DNA of 64,000 nucleotides from Geosiphon pyriformis uo1 (Eukaryota > Fungi > Glomeromycota): NCBI GenBank assembly GCA_016748015.1, contig JAAOMT010000703.1:1052255-1116254 (forward strand). The letters are read 5' to 3'. The position numbers were made by a program, and so were the translations under genes. Under the pieces are notes generated by a model. That model did no database searches and had not been told where the DNA came from. It saw only the letters and a program-made list of their open reading frames with translations. Every line of letters begins with the position of its first letter. Position 1 is the stretch's first letter. Positions 39,401 to 54,300 of this stretch are shown one piece after another.

Positions 39401-40691
39401 ATCTTAAAAACTTCATCATTATCCAAAGATAACCACTTTTTAGCAAAATAACTAAACTTAATCACATCACTTAAATTCAATTTTTTAACAATCTTGACAA
39501 TTAGCATTTTCAATTCAAAAATTTTTAAAAACTGCCTGTTTCTTAAACACTAAAATTTACTGAATTAAAGTCTAAAAAATATCTTATCAGCTAACTTTAT
39601 TATCACTTTTTTTAACAGTTTTTACATAATATTCAAATTCTAATAAACTCTAACTTCTGAAAACTCATTTATTACTGCCAAAAACTTAACAAAAAAACAC
39701 TTTCTAAATTATATTTATTTAGCATCATCCACATCTTTGTATTTAAATTTCTAATATTTTTTGTTAATTTACTTGTATATGCTATTTAAATAAACATTCA
39801 AAAAACCACCCAAATCAATTGAAACCAAAACTGTCTTGTAATTAATATTAAAAAAATCAGAAACAGAATTGATCTTATAACTGGCTACTGTTGATAACAA
39901 AATTTTATTTACAAAAATGTAATCTATAATCTTTTTAACAATTTTCAAATTGTTTTAAATAGAGACTTTAACCAATATTAAATTCAAACAAAACTTGTAC
40001 TTTTTTAAGCCTATTTTTATTAAAATTTCCATTTAAGACCACAAAAGTGCTGAAGTTAACTGCTTTAACAATATATGAGTTGATTTTTACAGTCTAACCA
40101 AACCTAACTTTAACAGAAACATTAACATATAAATTCAGAATTATAACTAAAAGCTTGTCTTTAAAGAGAAACTGTACTAAAATAATCTAACTGAAAACTT
40201 TTTTTATCTTAAAAATATGTTAAGTCAGAGAATTGTTTATAAGAATAGCCATACCAATACCAAAAAAACTTCTATTCTAACCAGATGTGAAAATTTGCAC
40301 TTTATTAAACTTATTTACAATTTATAGCCTAATATTTAATCTTAACTTTATTTTCATAACAATAGAAACCATATTATCCAAACTTTTATGTCAATAAACA
40401 ATGTTTTATTGGTTTATAGAAATATTAATACCCCAAATATTACATGTAACAAACTTCTATATTAAATTAGTTATTAAGATAATAAAAGTATTAAAAAGTC
40501 CAAGTTAGAGCACAATTGATTCAATCTTACCAAAACCAAACTAACTAAAACTTTAAAAGCCACTATTTTTAATTCCAAGCCACTTATTTTAGTGATCAGA
40601 ATTTTTGATTTACTCAAACCCAAATTTGAAATCTTTTCATTTATGACTAAAAAAAAGAAACAAACAACACAGATAGGTCATTTAAAACCAT

Positions 40692-41541
40692 TGTTACTCA
40701 TAGAAATATAGGAAATATATTAGCATAATTATTAGCCAATCAGAAGTAAGCATAGTAAATGTGAAATTTCAGGATTCCTCTCAGAAATTGCAGGATTCTA
40801 GGAATTTCAGAATTCTCCAATAAGGAATTGCAGAATTGCAGAATTCCAGGATTTCTCTCAAAGGAATCGCAGGATTCCAGGAATTCCAGGATTTCTGTTG
40901 TGAAGAATCGAGGAATTGAGGAATCTCAATTATGTATATATAGTAGTAGTATTAGAAACAGAAAAGACAGAATCGATACCACAGAATACTTAGCCTAGAA
41001 ACAAAAATCATCAAATAAATAATTATTCCATATCTTAATTCACTCTCCACTATCAACACTTCATGTTGATAATAAGTGATACTTAACCACACTGAAACAA
41101 TAGCTCTTGATCACGGCTATTGATGGGATACTAATCTGCAAATTGCCTTGGCTTATTTCTTTTTTTTCTTTATTTTTTTCTTATTTTTCTTTATTTTATT
41201 TTGATTTATTATTGTGCACTAACTCATTGATTAAAAAGCGCTGATTACTGACATCAAGGATTGCCTGGTAAAAGACCTCTGTGAGAGGGTAGGACATGTA
41301 CAGAAGATACGGATTACTTACCAGAGGATTGCCAGCCACCAAGCCAAGAAAAGAATTGACAAACTTGTGAGTCTGGGAAGCTACGGATAAAACAACTATT
41401 GAATCTCTGTTCATTATACAAAAGACTCCATTAAAACCTTCAGATACAACGTTCGCAGAACCTCATCAATGGAAGTAGCTTTACAAACACCAAGTTATGG
41501 GTTGTTATTTACTTTAACAGCAGAAATAATCTCCTGTAACA
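40692..41541 (+). mobile_element. Solo LTR, type A
   Basis: TGTTACTCAT...CTGTAACA; TSD CCAT (40688-40691 / 41542-41545). Confidence 0.93.
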
Positions 41542-42168
41542 CCATATTTAAATTTGAATTTGAATTCAATAATACAAGCACAATAGAAAAAAGAGATTAA
41601 AAAATAGACATTAAGAGTACCAGATTCATAAAGCTTAATTTTTACACAATATTTGATATTTAATCTGTTAAAAACTTTAAGAAGTACTCCAAAGATACTA
41701 AGCAAACACTAATAAATAAATTATTTTGAATAATTAGAAGACTTTTTTTAATATATGATATACTAAAAAAAGAGAATTCAAAACCAAAACCAGAATAAAT
41801 ATTATTAAAAAAAAACAGCAAGCAAAACTACTTGAACCCAAAATTTGCCACTAAATACAGCAAAACAGGAAATAAAAACATTTTTTTTAACATATAATTT
41901 GGCCAATTGGAGATAATTCTGTTTTAAAACAATTTTTTTATAAATTTTTTTTAGAAGACAAGACAGATGTACTTAATACATTACACTTTAGAGCCAAATA
42001 TCCAAAATGTCTGTACTTTTTACAACAAAACAAATCTAATTTAACTCAAAAAAGTTTTATATTACCAAAAATTAACTGTGTGAAAAGCAGTCTTAAGTTT
42101 TTTATTTATTTTAAAACTAATTATAGCAGAATAAATTCTATTGCCAATATTAAATAATTAGTTAATAA

Positions 42169-42990
42169 TGTTACAGTTCAAGAATTTAATAGGAATTATA
42201 AATAATATAAATTAGCCAATCATAAAATAGCATAGCAACAATTTATAAAAAGAAAAAATAATAATTTACAAATAACAACAAGCACTATTATACAATAGCA
42301 GCAAGCACTATTGTGCAAAAACAGCAAGCACTATTTCACAATAGCAGCAAACATTATTTAAAAATAATAGAAATAGAGTATTACAAGACATTATTTTGTA
42401 AAACAATAATTATATATATATACAATAGTTTTTAATAATAAAAAATCAAACAGTTTCAACTTAAAACAACAAATATCTAAATAAAATCTTATTCAAAAAA
42501 AATTAATAAAAATAATAAATTAAATTAACATCACAATTACAAGATTAACAATAAAATTTACATATTTTCTCTAGTGAATAAAACTATTATTCCATCTTTA
42601 AACTCTTTAGAAGAATAATTCCTAATCAAAATTATTCACATGGTTACTAATTAAATTGAAAAAACTTTATTATATACTTAGGAAAATTACAAAAAAACCA
42701 TTAATATTCTGTGTTTCTAGATTAAAGAAACACATCAGACAATTGCAAGAATAGTCTTAAAAAAGACTCCAAACAGTAGATAAATTTCAGATTAGCCTTT
42801 GAAAAGAAGTACACAATATACAAAAACAACTAAAATTAAAGAGAAAACTTACATCACAATATTAAAAGAAAACTTTTAGTATATTATTATTAATATCTAA
42901 CACATAAAATCGAGAAACTTACAAGAGACTTATTGTAATTAAAACAAAATATCAACAATTAAAATATACCAAAAAAACCTTTCTATAACA
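42169..42990 (+). mobile_element. Solo LTR, type C
   Basis: TGTTACAG...CTATAACA; TSD ATAA/ATGA (42165-42168 / 42991-42994); the LINE frame KTCI-IN is restored on removal; CCAAT, ~21-bp U3 repeats, TATA at ~42411. Confidence 0.88.
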
Positions 42991-44788
42991 ATGATACAAG
43001 TTTTCTTATCAGCTTTTTCTAATAAAGCACCTAGATCATGAGCAGTTGTTTTTATAGACAAAATAAACAATAGTACTTTAAAGCAATTCTTAGACATCTA
43101 AATATTTTGATTTTCTATAGTCTTGGCTATATGTACAGAATTTTTTCCAATCAAAAATAATTACTTTAATGCCAAATAATCAGCTTAACTCAATTTGGCA
43201 AATTTTACTACAGTCTAATGAATTGTAATCAAATTAATATTATCTTATTATACTTAGTTACTGCAGCAATAATTATTTTTTTAAGTATATTTATAAAAAT
43301 TTCTTTAATAATCATAGTCTGATCTAAATGTATTTGTTGTTTTTTGATATTATTGTTTATAATAATCTCTTTTTTTTAATTAATAATATAGTGTTCTTTA
43401 TATTTTTTCTAATATAAATATTAATTAAATAATATTTTCAAATTTTGAAGAAGTAGTGATCTCCTTCCAAAATTATTAATTAATGCGACTAACTTTTTGA
43501 TTGTCTGTATTTTAGTCATTGTTGATTTGTCTTCTATTGTTAACAGATTGATATTCAAAGCAAAGAATTTTTTAATAATTATTTCAACTCGAATTTTTAC
43601 TATTTTAGGATCAATTTACCTTTTGTTAAGAAAAATATTAAGAGAAAAAAAAAGAGATCTTTTATTTTTATCTATTTTATAGTCAATAATACCAATAAAA
43701 AAACCACAATTCAAATCAGAATCAAATTTCTTAGCCTTAGAGATTGTTGTAGCTGAATTAAAAAGAGAACTACTATTAGTATCTATTAATATATTATTAA
43801 CTTTACTGTTATTAGATTCATTATCTATATTCGAATATACACTATTATTAAAACCAAATTTAACCAAAAAAACTTTTTTTTTATTATCAGAGTATTTAAT
43901 ATTATTTACAGAAACTCTTCTTTTTTAAGAGAAAGTATCTTTAACAAAACCATAAAAAATTCTTTTGGATGTCTTTTTTTTTAGACATATTGTCATTTAA
44001 AGCAGCTTCTAAGTTTATTACAAAAAAATTATTAGTTTAAAAAATATTAAAAGTATTGTAACTAGAAAAAATAAAGACAAAAAAACATTTTTTTCAAAAA
44101 ATTGCTCTTTAAAAAATTTTGAACATAGAAAGAAAAGAAATTTGGCAGACATTATTTTTATTATTAATATTAAAATTACAAAAGTTAAAAAAAGAAGTCA
44201 TTATTTTGTTAATATTAATGTATTTTGCTTTAAATATATTAATACAAAAATCCAAAAACTTTTTATTTTTATTATAAATACTATATCTAATATTTAAAAG
44301 ATTTTTTTTAGTATTATCTAAGTTTATGTTTATGTTTTCAAATTAATTAATATTATATATAAGTAACTTAAACTCCAAATTTGTTTTATTATCTAAATGT
44401 TTTATTTTGCTAATAGATACTTTTAACTTTTATACTAAATTATTATTAATAAAGCCAAAAACAATGTTTTATTAACTTTTTTTTGTTTATAATATTATTA
44501 ATAGTAACTATTAAAACAACAATAAAAAAGTTTATATTTAGCAAAATATTAAAAAAAAACAAGATTAATAAATTAAAAAGAACAAAAAAAACTTTTTTTA
44601 TCAAAATATACTTTTTGAAAAATTTTTGATGTACAAAAAAAAGAAATTTGTTTGAATTTTTTTGCTAAATTTGATAAATATCAATGAAAGGGATTTATTA
44701 TTTCTTGACACATGAAAATGTAAATTTAATCAAACACAAAAAGATAAACTGGTTATAAAGTCATCGAATTTTGGAAAGACAATATTTT

Positions 44789-45856
44789 CTATCTTCTTTT
44801 TCTTGCCTTAACAACCCATTTGTTAGGTCTTTTTCTTGTTTTTCCACCCTTTGCCAACACACCCCATGGACTAACAGGATGTTTATTTCCTTTACTTTTC
44901 CCTCTGCCACCACCATGAGGATGATCAACAGAATTCATAGCAACACCTCGAACAGTTGGTCTTATTCCTAACCATCTAGATCGACCTGCTTTACCAAGCA
45001 TTCTATGTTGATGATTTGGATTTGAGACTTCCCCAATGGTAGCACAACATTCAACATGTATTAATCTTATTTCCCCTGATTTAAGTTTGACCTGAGCGTG
45101 ACCTGTTTCTGCAGTTTTTACAACTGTAGCTGATGTTCCTGCGGCTCGAACTAAAATTCCAGGCCCTCTAGGTTTTAACCCAATACAATGTATCTGAGTG
45201 CCCACTGGTATCATTTTCAATGGTAAACAGTTTCCTTTTGCTAATCTAGCTAAACGTTGAAATGAAGGATCTTCTATTTCATCCGAATTAGATTCAGCAG
45301 TACCAGAAGCGGGTGAAGGCGTTATATATGATTGAACTGTGGAGCCTGGCAGTAGATCGTGTGGTGCAATAATATAAGAATATCCACCTGTTATTTTATT
45401 TTTTAAAAATGCGAGATGCCCTGACCGGTTTGGATCGTACTCAATACGTAAAACCTCTTGTGGTCCTGGTTCCAAACGTTTAAAGTCAACGAGACGAATG
45501 CGGCGTTTATGTCCTCCACCTCGATGTCTCACTGTGATATGACCATGGTTATTACGACCACCAGTACCTCTTTTAGCTATGGTAAGTAGTCTGTGTGGCT
45601 TGCCTTTCCATAAACATTCAGTTACAGGACGACGAACCCAACGTAAACCTGGGGTTCGTGGTTTAAAAGTTTTGAAGCCTCCTTCTATTCTTACATATGG
45701 AGCAGTACTCTTACTTTTAGTCACATACGTTCGTGAAAGATTGAAATATAGGTTAAAGGGGACTTTTGTTTCACTAGAAACATTTCCTATTAATTCTCCT
45801 AGAGACCGGTGAAAACATGCGAAAATATTTTTTGTAAAAGGTAAAATTAGAGGCAT
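44789..45856 (-). CDS. MRPL2: Mitochondrial large-subunit ribosomal protein uL2m (355 aa, intronless)
   Basis: GGRNNHGHITVRHRGGGHKR, IEYDPNRS, GKAGRSRWLGIRPTVRGVAMNSVDHPHGGG; N-terminal presequence-like extension. Confidence 0.97.
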   Translation of the reverse strand: MPLILPFTKNIFACFHRSLGELIGNVSSETKVPFNLYFNLSRTYVTKSKSTAPYVRIEGGFKTFKPRTPGLRWVRRPVTECLWKGKPHRLLTIAKRGTGGRNNHGHITVRHRGGGHKRRIRLVDFKRLEPGPQEVLRIEYDPNRSGHLAFLKNKITGGYSYIIAPHDLLPGSTVQSYITPSPASGTAESNSDEIEDPSFQRLARLAKGNCLPLKMIPVGTQIHCIGLKPRGPGILVRAAGTSATVVKTAETGHAQVKLKSGEIRLIHVECCATIGEVSNPNHQHRMLGKAGRSRWLGIRPTVRGVAMNSVDHPHGGGRGKSKGNKHPVSPWGVLAKGGKTRKRPNKWVVKARKRR

Positions 45857-45958
45857 TATAAGGCCATCACTAACAGAAATTAATAACTGGGATATTTACA
45901 CAATTTTGAATTCCCGTACAATACATTGATCGCTGATGACTCTTCAACTTATTATACA
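45857..45958. promoter_or_regulatory. Probable bidirectional promoter between MRPL2 and DUS2
   Basis: Only 102 bp between divergent start codons. Confidence 0.6.
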
Positions 45959-47728
<1,770 letters not shown>

Positions 47729-47759
47729 ATCAATATTTACAATCCGTGTATGAACTCTA

Positions 47760-49560
47760 ACATTCATTGGGTATTATATTTCAAAATAAATTTTTTGCAT
47801 TTAAATGATTCTTTATTAATTTTTAATTTGTAAAACAACAAATATTTATGATTACATTATAGTTTTTTTGCTCATTATTATATTATTAAATAAGTATTAT
47901 TTAAATATAAAATTTTGTAATTTTTGAATATATTATTATTTTAAATAATAGTTATAAATAATATTACAAAATATATTAAATATACATAAATAAAAATAAA
48001 AAATAAAAATAATTATTATTACAAAATACAAATATGTATCTTTAGATTATATGTTTTTAATTTTTCAAAGTTTTTAAATATTTTTTTGCTAACTTTAATA
48101 ATTATTAATTTTAAAAGAATTTGTTTAACATTATATAAATTTTTAATAAATTTATTTATTATATTAGTATTAAAATTTTAAAGATAATAAAATATTAAAT
48201 TTATTTAAATAACTTTAAACATTTGTATTATCTTAACATAATTATTTATAATATTTTTTTGTTTTATAACAAAATATAAATATTGTGCTCTTTTTAATTA
48301 TTTTTTAAACAATATATAAAAAATAAGATATTTAGTTATTTGTTTCTTAACTTTTAAAAAAATATCATAATTAATTAATATTTTTTTATACAGAAAAATT
48401 TAGTTTAATATTCAAAAAAATAATTCTTTTTTTTTTTTATTCATTTAATGAGTGAAGCCCAACCGCTTTTCTATTAGATTTTATTTTAAAGTTTTAAATT
48501 TAATATATTAGTAAAATCATACAAATTATTATTTACTATTAATATGTACTTAATAATATGATTAAAATTTTTAACATAAAAGATAATTTGAATTTTAATA
48601 ATAAATATTTTTAATATAAATATACAAATTTATACTTGTTAATTAGAATAAAAAACTCTAATTAAAAAACTTTTAATATTGAAAATATTTTTTAATAAAC
48701 CAGAATTATTGTTTATAAAAATTTTTTTTATATAAATTGTTATAATATATAAAAAAATTATAAATAAAACTGTTGTATTAATTATAAAACTTAAATTTAA
48801 GATTTTTTGGTAAATTTTTATTAATATAAAAAATACAATAAATTAAATATATAATTTTATATATTTGTTTAATTACAGTATTAGTTATAAAATTTGTATT
48901 TATAATAAATATTAATAAGTTTATTATTATTGTTTTTTTGTATATTTTAAAATCTATTTATACAACTTAATTATTTTATTTAAAATAATATTATAATATC
49001 TTAACCAAAAAACAATTTGTGTTATTAATATTTAAAATAAAAAAATAAATTAGTTTTTATTATTTAACTTAAATTTAACAATTTCTTAATAATTATATAA
49101 TTTGCAATCAAAAAATATTGTTAACAGATATAATATATTTACTTTTTTATTAAAATAAACTTTAAATTTATGAAAAATTACAGTTAAAAACTTTTTTTGA
49201 ATAATAATTAACAAATTTTTATTTTCAAAAAGAAGTTAAATTTTATTAAAAATATCTTTAAAAATATTTTAATATATTAAAACATAATATTAAATATTAA
49301 AAAAATTATAAAAGTTATAAATAAAACATTTTATAAAAAGTTAATATTAGTATACTATTTACAATTTTAATGTTTTAATTTATGATTGTAATGGTTATAA
49401 AAATTGATTTTTTTTATTTAATAATAATTATTAAATTTGTATTTGTAATTACAATATTTAATATAATTTTTAGAATATAACTTTAATTTTTTTTAGATAA
49501 TACTAATTTTTTTTTGCTTATTATAGTTTTTTTATAATAAAAAAATATAATTAATTTTTT
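47760..49560. other. Extremely AT-rich relic DNA
   Basis: Almost no G/C and no ORFs; contains a tiny LINE 3'-end fragment at ~48425-48470. Confidence 0.55.
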
Positions 49561-49569
49561 TTATTTTGT

Positions 49570-50137
49570 TTTACAAGTGAGATTTAAACGCAATCTAGTA
49601 TCATATATCATATAAGTAATCTAAACTAGATGCAAATTATGCTCTTTCTATATATAACCAGCTACTTAGACTGATCAGAACAACACTAAGTAACTATGTA
49701 AACTGAAACCATATTACTAATATCTGAAAAAAATAAGCAAGACTTATAAAAACCAAAACAAATACCAAATGTTTTAGCAACTTTAAACAACTTGATGACA
49801 CTAGCAGAAAGTCCTCAAAAAAGCCCAGAAATTGAGACAAGAGCCAAACTATTAAGTAGAATTAGTCTATTCTTTTCCATAAAAGCACAATATTTAATAC
49901 AAATCAACCAGATATTATTACTAGAAGTGAGACAAAAAGCACACAAAAATTCCACTATCTTTTGACTTGCAACTTTGGAATTATGGAAAACAAAAACAGT
50001 CTCTTGAAGCCAACTCTTAAAAACAAAATTCTTACAAAGAGCTGTATATACAGAAACATCAAAAGCACAAGATAACAAAATCTAAAACACACAAAAAGAG
50101 GAGTAAAGAAAACCAGAAAACACCTCCAATAAGCTGC
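49570..50137 (-). mobile_element. LINE copy L6, 3' end only
   Basis: ORF 49815-50078 is homologous to the ORF2 C-terminus at 28407-28802; 3' UTR matches 28295-28410. Confidence 0.88.
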
Positions 50138-51370
50138 TGTTACAGGTAATTATTTGGAATCTCAAAGCAAATAACAAACCCATAATTTGGTGCTTAATAG
50201 CAGTTCTAGTTGGTATTTCTCTAAAAGAGCTATGAATCTGAAGATTTTCATATTTGAAGATTTTGTTGTGGAGTTTTTTGTATAATGAACAAAGATTCAG
50301 TGGTGATTGTAGTAGTTTTTTGGAATTGCAATTCTGCCCAATTTTTTTCTCAGCTTGGTGGCCAAATTTATTCTGGCAGTTGTGCTCTTTTGGTAAACTA
50401 TCTGATAATATATATATAATTTTATTCTTATTTCTGGTCTTTTACCAGGCTATCAATGATATCAATAATTCAGCATTTTAATCCTTTTAATCAATTAGTA
50501 CTCAACAAACAAAAAACAAGAAAATAAAAAAAATAAAATAAAAATAAAATAAAAAAAATAAAAAAAATAAGCCAAGACATTTGCAAGTTAGTATCTTGTC
50601 AATAGCCATAATTAAGAGCTATTGTTCCAGTATGGTTAAGTATCAATTACTATCAACATGAAGTGTTGATAGTGAAGAATAGATTGAGATAGTAAAAAAT
50701 TATTTATTGATATTTGGGTGTGGAAAGATTGCTTAGATCACTTTTAAACTGAGAGGTTTTTTTACATACTGATTCTACTTTTAATACTACTGTTATATAT
50801 ACATAATTGAGATTCTTTAATTCCTCAATTCTTCATACCAGGAATCCTGAAATTCTTGGAATTCTGCAATTTTTTTTAAGAAGAATTCTGAAATTCTGGA
50901 ATCCTGTAATTTTTTGTACGAGAATCCTAAAATTCCTGAAATCTTGCAATTCCTCTTGAGAGAAATCCTAGAATTCCACATTTACTATGTCTATCTCTAA
51001 TTGGCTAATTTATGTGCTAATATACTTCCTATATTTTATGAGTAACATTATTTTTTCCTTTTTAATATTGAGCTTTGTCGAGATTTCTTAATTCTAATTT
51101 TCTGTCTTTGAGTATTTCTTGAACTTTTTTTTTTAGAATTACTTATGTTATCTTGTTCTGTAATTTTTCAAATTGGACATTGGTTATTTTTCCCATTTGG
51201 TTAACAGTAATAGTGTCTATTACGGGACTAAGTAAGATTTTTGGTCAGTCTTAAAATCTAGTATGTAATTAATAGATGACTCTTACTTGTGTTGTTAGAT
51301 TGTTTTTTCCCACAAATTCCTCAAGTTGTTGTAGTATTGTTGTATTGAATAATTATTTTGTTTTATCCAT
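50138..51370 (-). mobile_element. Gypsy 3' remnant: end of the extra ORF, PPT and 3' LTR (type A, 50138-51047)
   Basis: LTR termini at 51047 and 50138; PPT 51048-51063; 51100-51370 encodes MDKTK...EFVGKNNL... Confidence 0.87.
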
Positions 51371-54300
51371 TGTTACAGATGATTATTTGGAGTCTCAAAA
51401 CAAATAACAAATCTGTAACTTGGTGCTTAGTTGGTATTCTAGTGTTAATATCTGAAGGTTTTGTTGATCTGAAGATTTTGTTGTAAAGTTTTTTGTATAA
51501 TAGACAGAGATTTAATAGTTGTTTTCAGTAGTCTTCCAGAATTGCAATTCCCTCAAATTTCTTTCTCAATGTAGTGGCTAGTAATCTTTTTGGTAAGCTA
51601 TCCTCAAATTTATAAGTATTCTATCCTTGTTTTATGGGTCTTTTACCAGTCCCTATAACATCTGTATCTTAATACTTAATCCTTAATCAACTTAGTAAAA
51701 TCAAAGAATAATAAAAAGAAATAAAAAAAAATAAAAAAAGATAAAGAAATAAACAAAAGCAATTGCAAGTTAGTATCCTGTCAATAGCCATGATCAAGAG
51801 CTATTGTTTCAGTGTGGTTAAGTATCAATTACTATCAACATGAAGTATTGATAGTGGAGAGTGGATTGAGATAGTGAATAATTATTTATTAATATTTGTG
51901 AATGGAAGATTGTTTAAATCAGATCTAAGCTAGGAAGTCTCTAACTAAAAGATTTTGTTTTTTCTATCTCTAGCACTATTGCTATATATACATAATTGAG
52001 ATTCCTCAATTCCTCAATTCTTCACACCAGGAATCTTGGAATTCCTGGAATCCTACAATTCCTTTTGAGAGGAATCCTGAAATTTTGCAATTTCTTGTAT
52101 GAGAATCCTGAAATTTTATATTTACTATGGCTATTTCTGATTAGTTAATTTATATGCTAATATACTCCCTATGTTCTATAAGTAACATTATTCTCTCTTT
52201 TTTAATATTGAGCTCCATTGAGATCTCCTAAATTTCCTAACTCTAATTTGCTGTTTTTGAGTATTTTTTGAACTTCTTTTTCGAGAATTACTTGAGTTAT
52301 TTTGTTTTGTAATTCTTTAAATTGAGTGTTAATTATTTTTCCCATTTGGTTAACTGTGATAAAGTCTATTTCTGGATGAAATAAGATTTCTGGTCTGTCT
52401 TGAAATCTAGTATATAGCTAATAGATGGCTCTTGCTTGTGTAGTTAAATTGTTCTTTTCCACAAACTGTTCTAGTTGTTGCAATATTGTTGTGTCAAATA
52501 ATTGCTTTGTTTTATCCATGTATAGATTTTGAATATTCAAGTGTCATCCCAAGTAGAAATAGCAAAAGTTTTTTGGAAATTCATGTATTCACCATTTCCA
52601 AGTTTTTTTGGTCAACTCTTAATATATGGTGTTACTTGTTGGTTCTTCCATTGCTAATTTTATCTTCTAAACTATTTTGTCAATAGTGTTTTCTGTTTTT
52701 TTTTGACTTTTGTATTTGGGTAATTTTCTGGTATCTCAATATCGAATGGTTTGTTGATTGATAGTAATTTCTATATTCTGTTATTGAATTAGTTGGAAGA
52801 GTTGTTGTGCTAATAAGTGGATATTGTTAGTGATTTCCATTTTTCTGAAGTCTTTTGTTACATCTATTATGTTTTTATATACTCTTTTTATTGTTTAATT
52901 TTACATGTTTGGTCCAATGATTATGATTGGTTTCAGATCTTATGGAAGCTTCTCTGGTTGGACTAGTATTTTCTGTACTCCTAATTGTAAAATATTACTG
53001 GTAAATAGTAACACTATATGGTAATATGGTTTCAGTCGATCACTATATGCTGTTTTGGCTAAGATTTTGTTGTCCCATCTTAATTTATAAGCTCTATTTC
53101 CAAGAATTTTTTCTATGTGAAATGATCTGTCCCATTTGGGGTCAAATTTTCTACTTTATTGTTTTTCTACTTTAGTATAATATAAAAGTACTTTGTCTCC
53201 AATCTTGAATTTAACTAGTTTATCTGATAGTTGGTTATCATGTCTTTCTTTTTGTTTTTCTTGTGACTTTTAAATGTGATCAACTGCTCTTCACCATTTG
53301 TTTTCTAGTGTTTTTATCAAGTCATATGTTCTTCTTAGCAACATTTCCTGCAAATTGTCTTCAGTTATTGGTTCTGTTGAATAAGTATTGACTTCTATTT
53401 TCACTGATAATATTGCTGTTCTACTATATACTAATTTAAATGGTGTTGCTTGTATAGTGTCTTGCTTTATTGTTTGATAAGTGAATAATACTGATGGTAT
53501 AAACAAATCTCATTTGTTCTGGTTTTTTTAACTGATCTTGGCAATTGCTTTATACAATGTTCTGTTAAATCTTTCAATTAACTCATTTGTTTGTGGGTAG
53601 TATGATAATGATAATGGTCTTTTTATCCCAAATCTTTGACTTAATTTTGTCAATGTTCTATTCACAAAGTGAGTTTCTTGATTTGATAATAGTTCTTTTG
53701 GACATTCATGTTGACATATTAAATCTTGATGAACAAATTCGGCAACAGATTCTGCATCTGCCCTTTGAATGGCTTTTGCTTCTGGCCATTTGGTGAGATA
53801 GTTCATAGCTACTACAATATATCTGTTGCTTCTACTGGTGATTGTTAATAGTCTGACTAAGTTAATCCTGATACAATTAAATGATTATCTTATTTTGATT
53901 GGTTTTAATGGTTTATTGGGTTTTGTTCTTCCTCTTCTCTGACAAGCATCACAATTTTGAATGTATTAAATGATGTCTGAATACATTGATGGCCAATAAT
54001 ATCTCTTTCTAGTTCTTTCTATGGTTGCTTCTTTATGAAAATGTTTTGCTGTTAGATTTGAGTGCATATTGTATAATATAGTTTTTCTTTCTGGTTTTGT
54101 GATTACTTTGAGTGGTTAATTTGGATCCTTTCTGTTTTTTCAATATAGTATATTTTGGTGAGTAATAAAATATTTGAATTGTTGTTTTATGCTGTTTTGT
54201 TCTGTTTAAAATAATTTCTTCTTAAACTGTTAAGTATTAATATAGTGCTGAAATTGTTGATATTTTTGTGTGTTCATTTTTTGTTATATTTTTGGGTTAG

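Larger units (their letters stand above)
37010..44150 (-). mobile_element. LINE copy L5, strongly mutated, RT core deleted near 39370, two solo LTRs inserted
   Basis: ORF1 remnants 44020-40471; APE 40470-39800; sequence jumps from pre-RT to post-RT at ~39370; RNase H ~38400-38030; 3' UTR 37015-37130. Confidence 0.85.

Noticed and set aside
44789-45856. Bacterial-like rplB as horizontal transfer or endosymbiont contamination
   Set aside because: It has an N-terminal targeting-like extension, no S10 operon neighbours, and an adjacent spliced eukaryotic gene; this is the normal nuclear-encoded mitochondrial uL2m.
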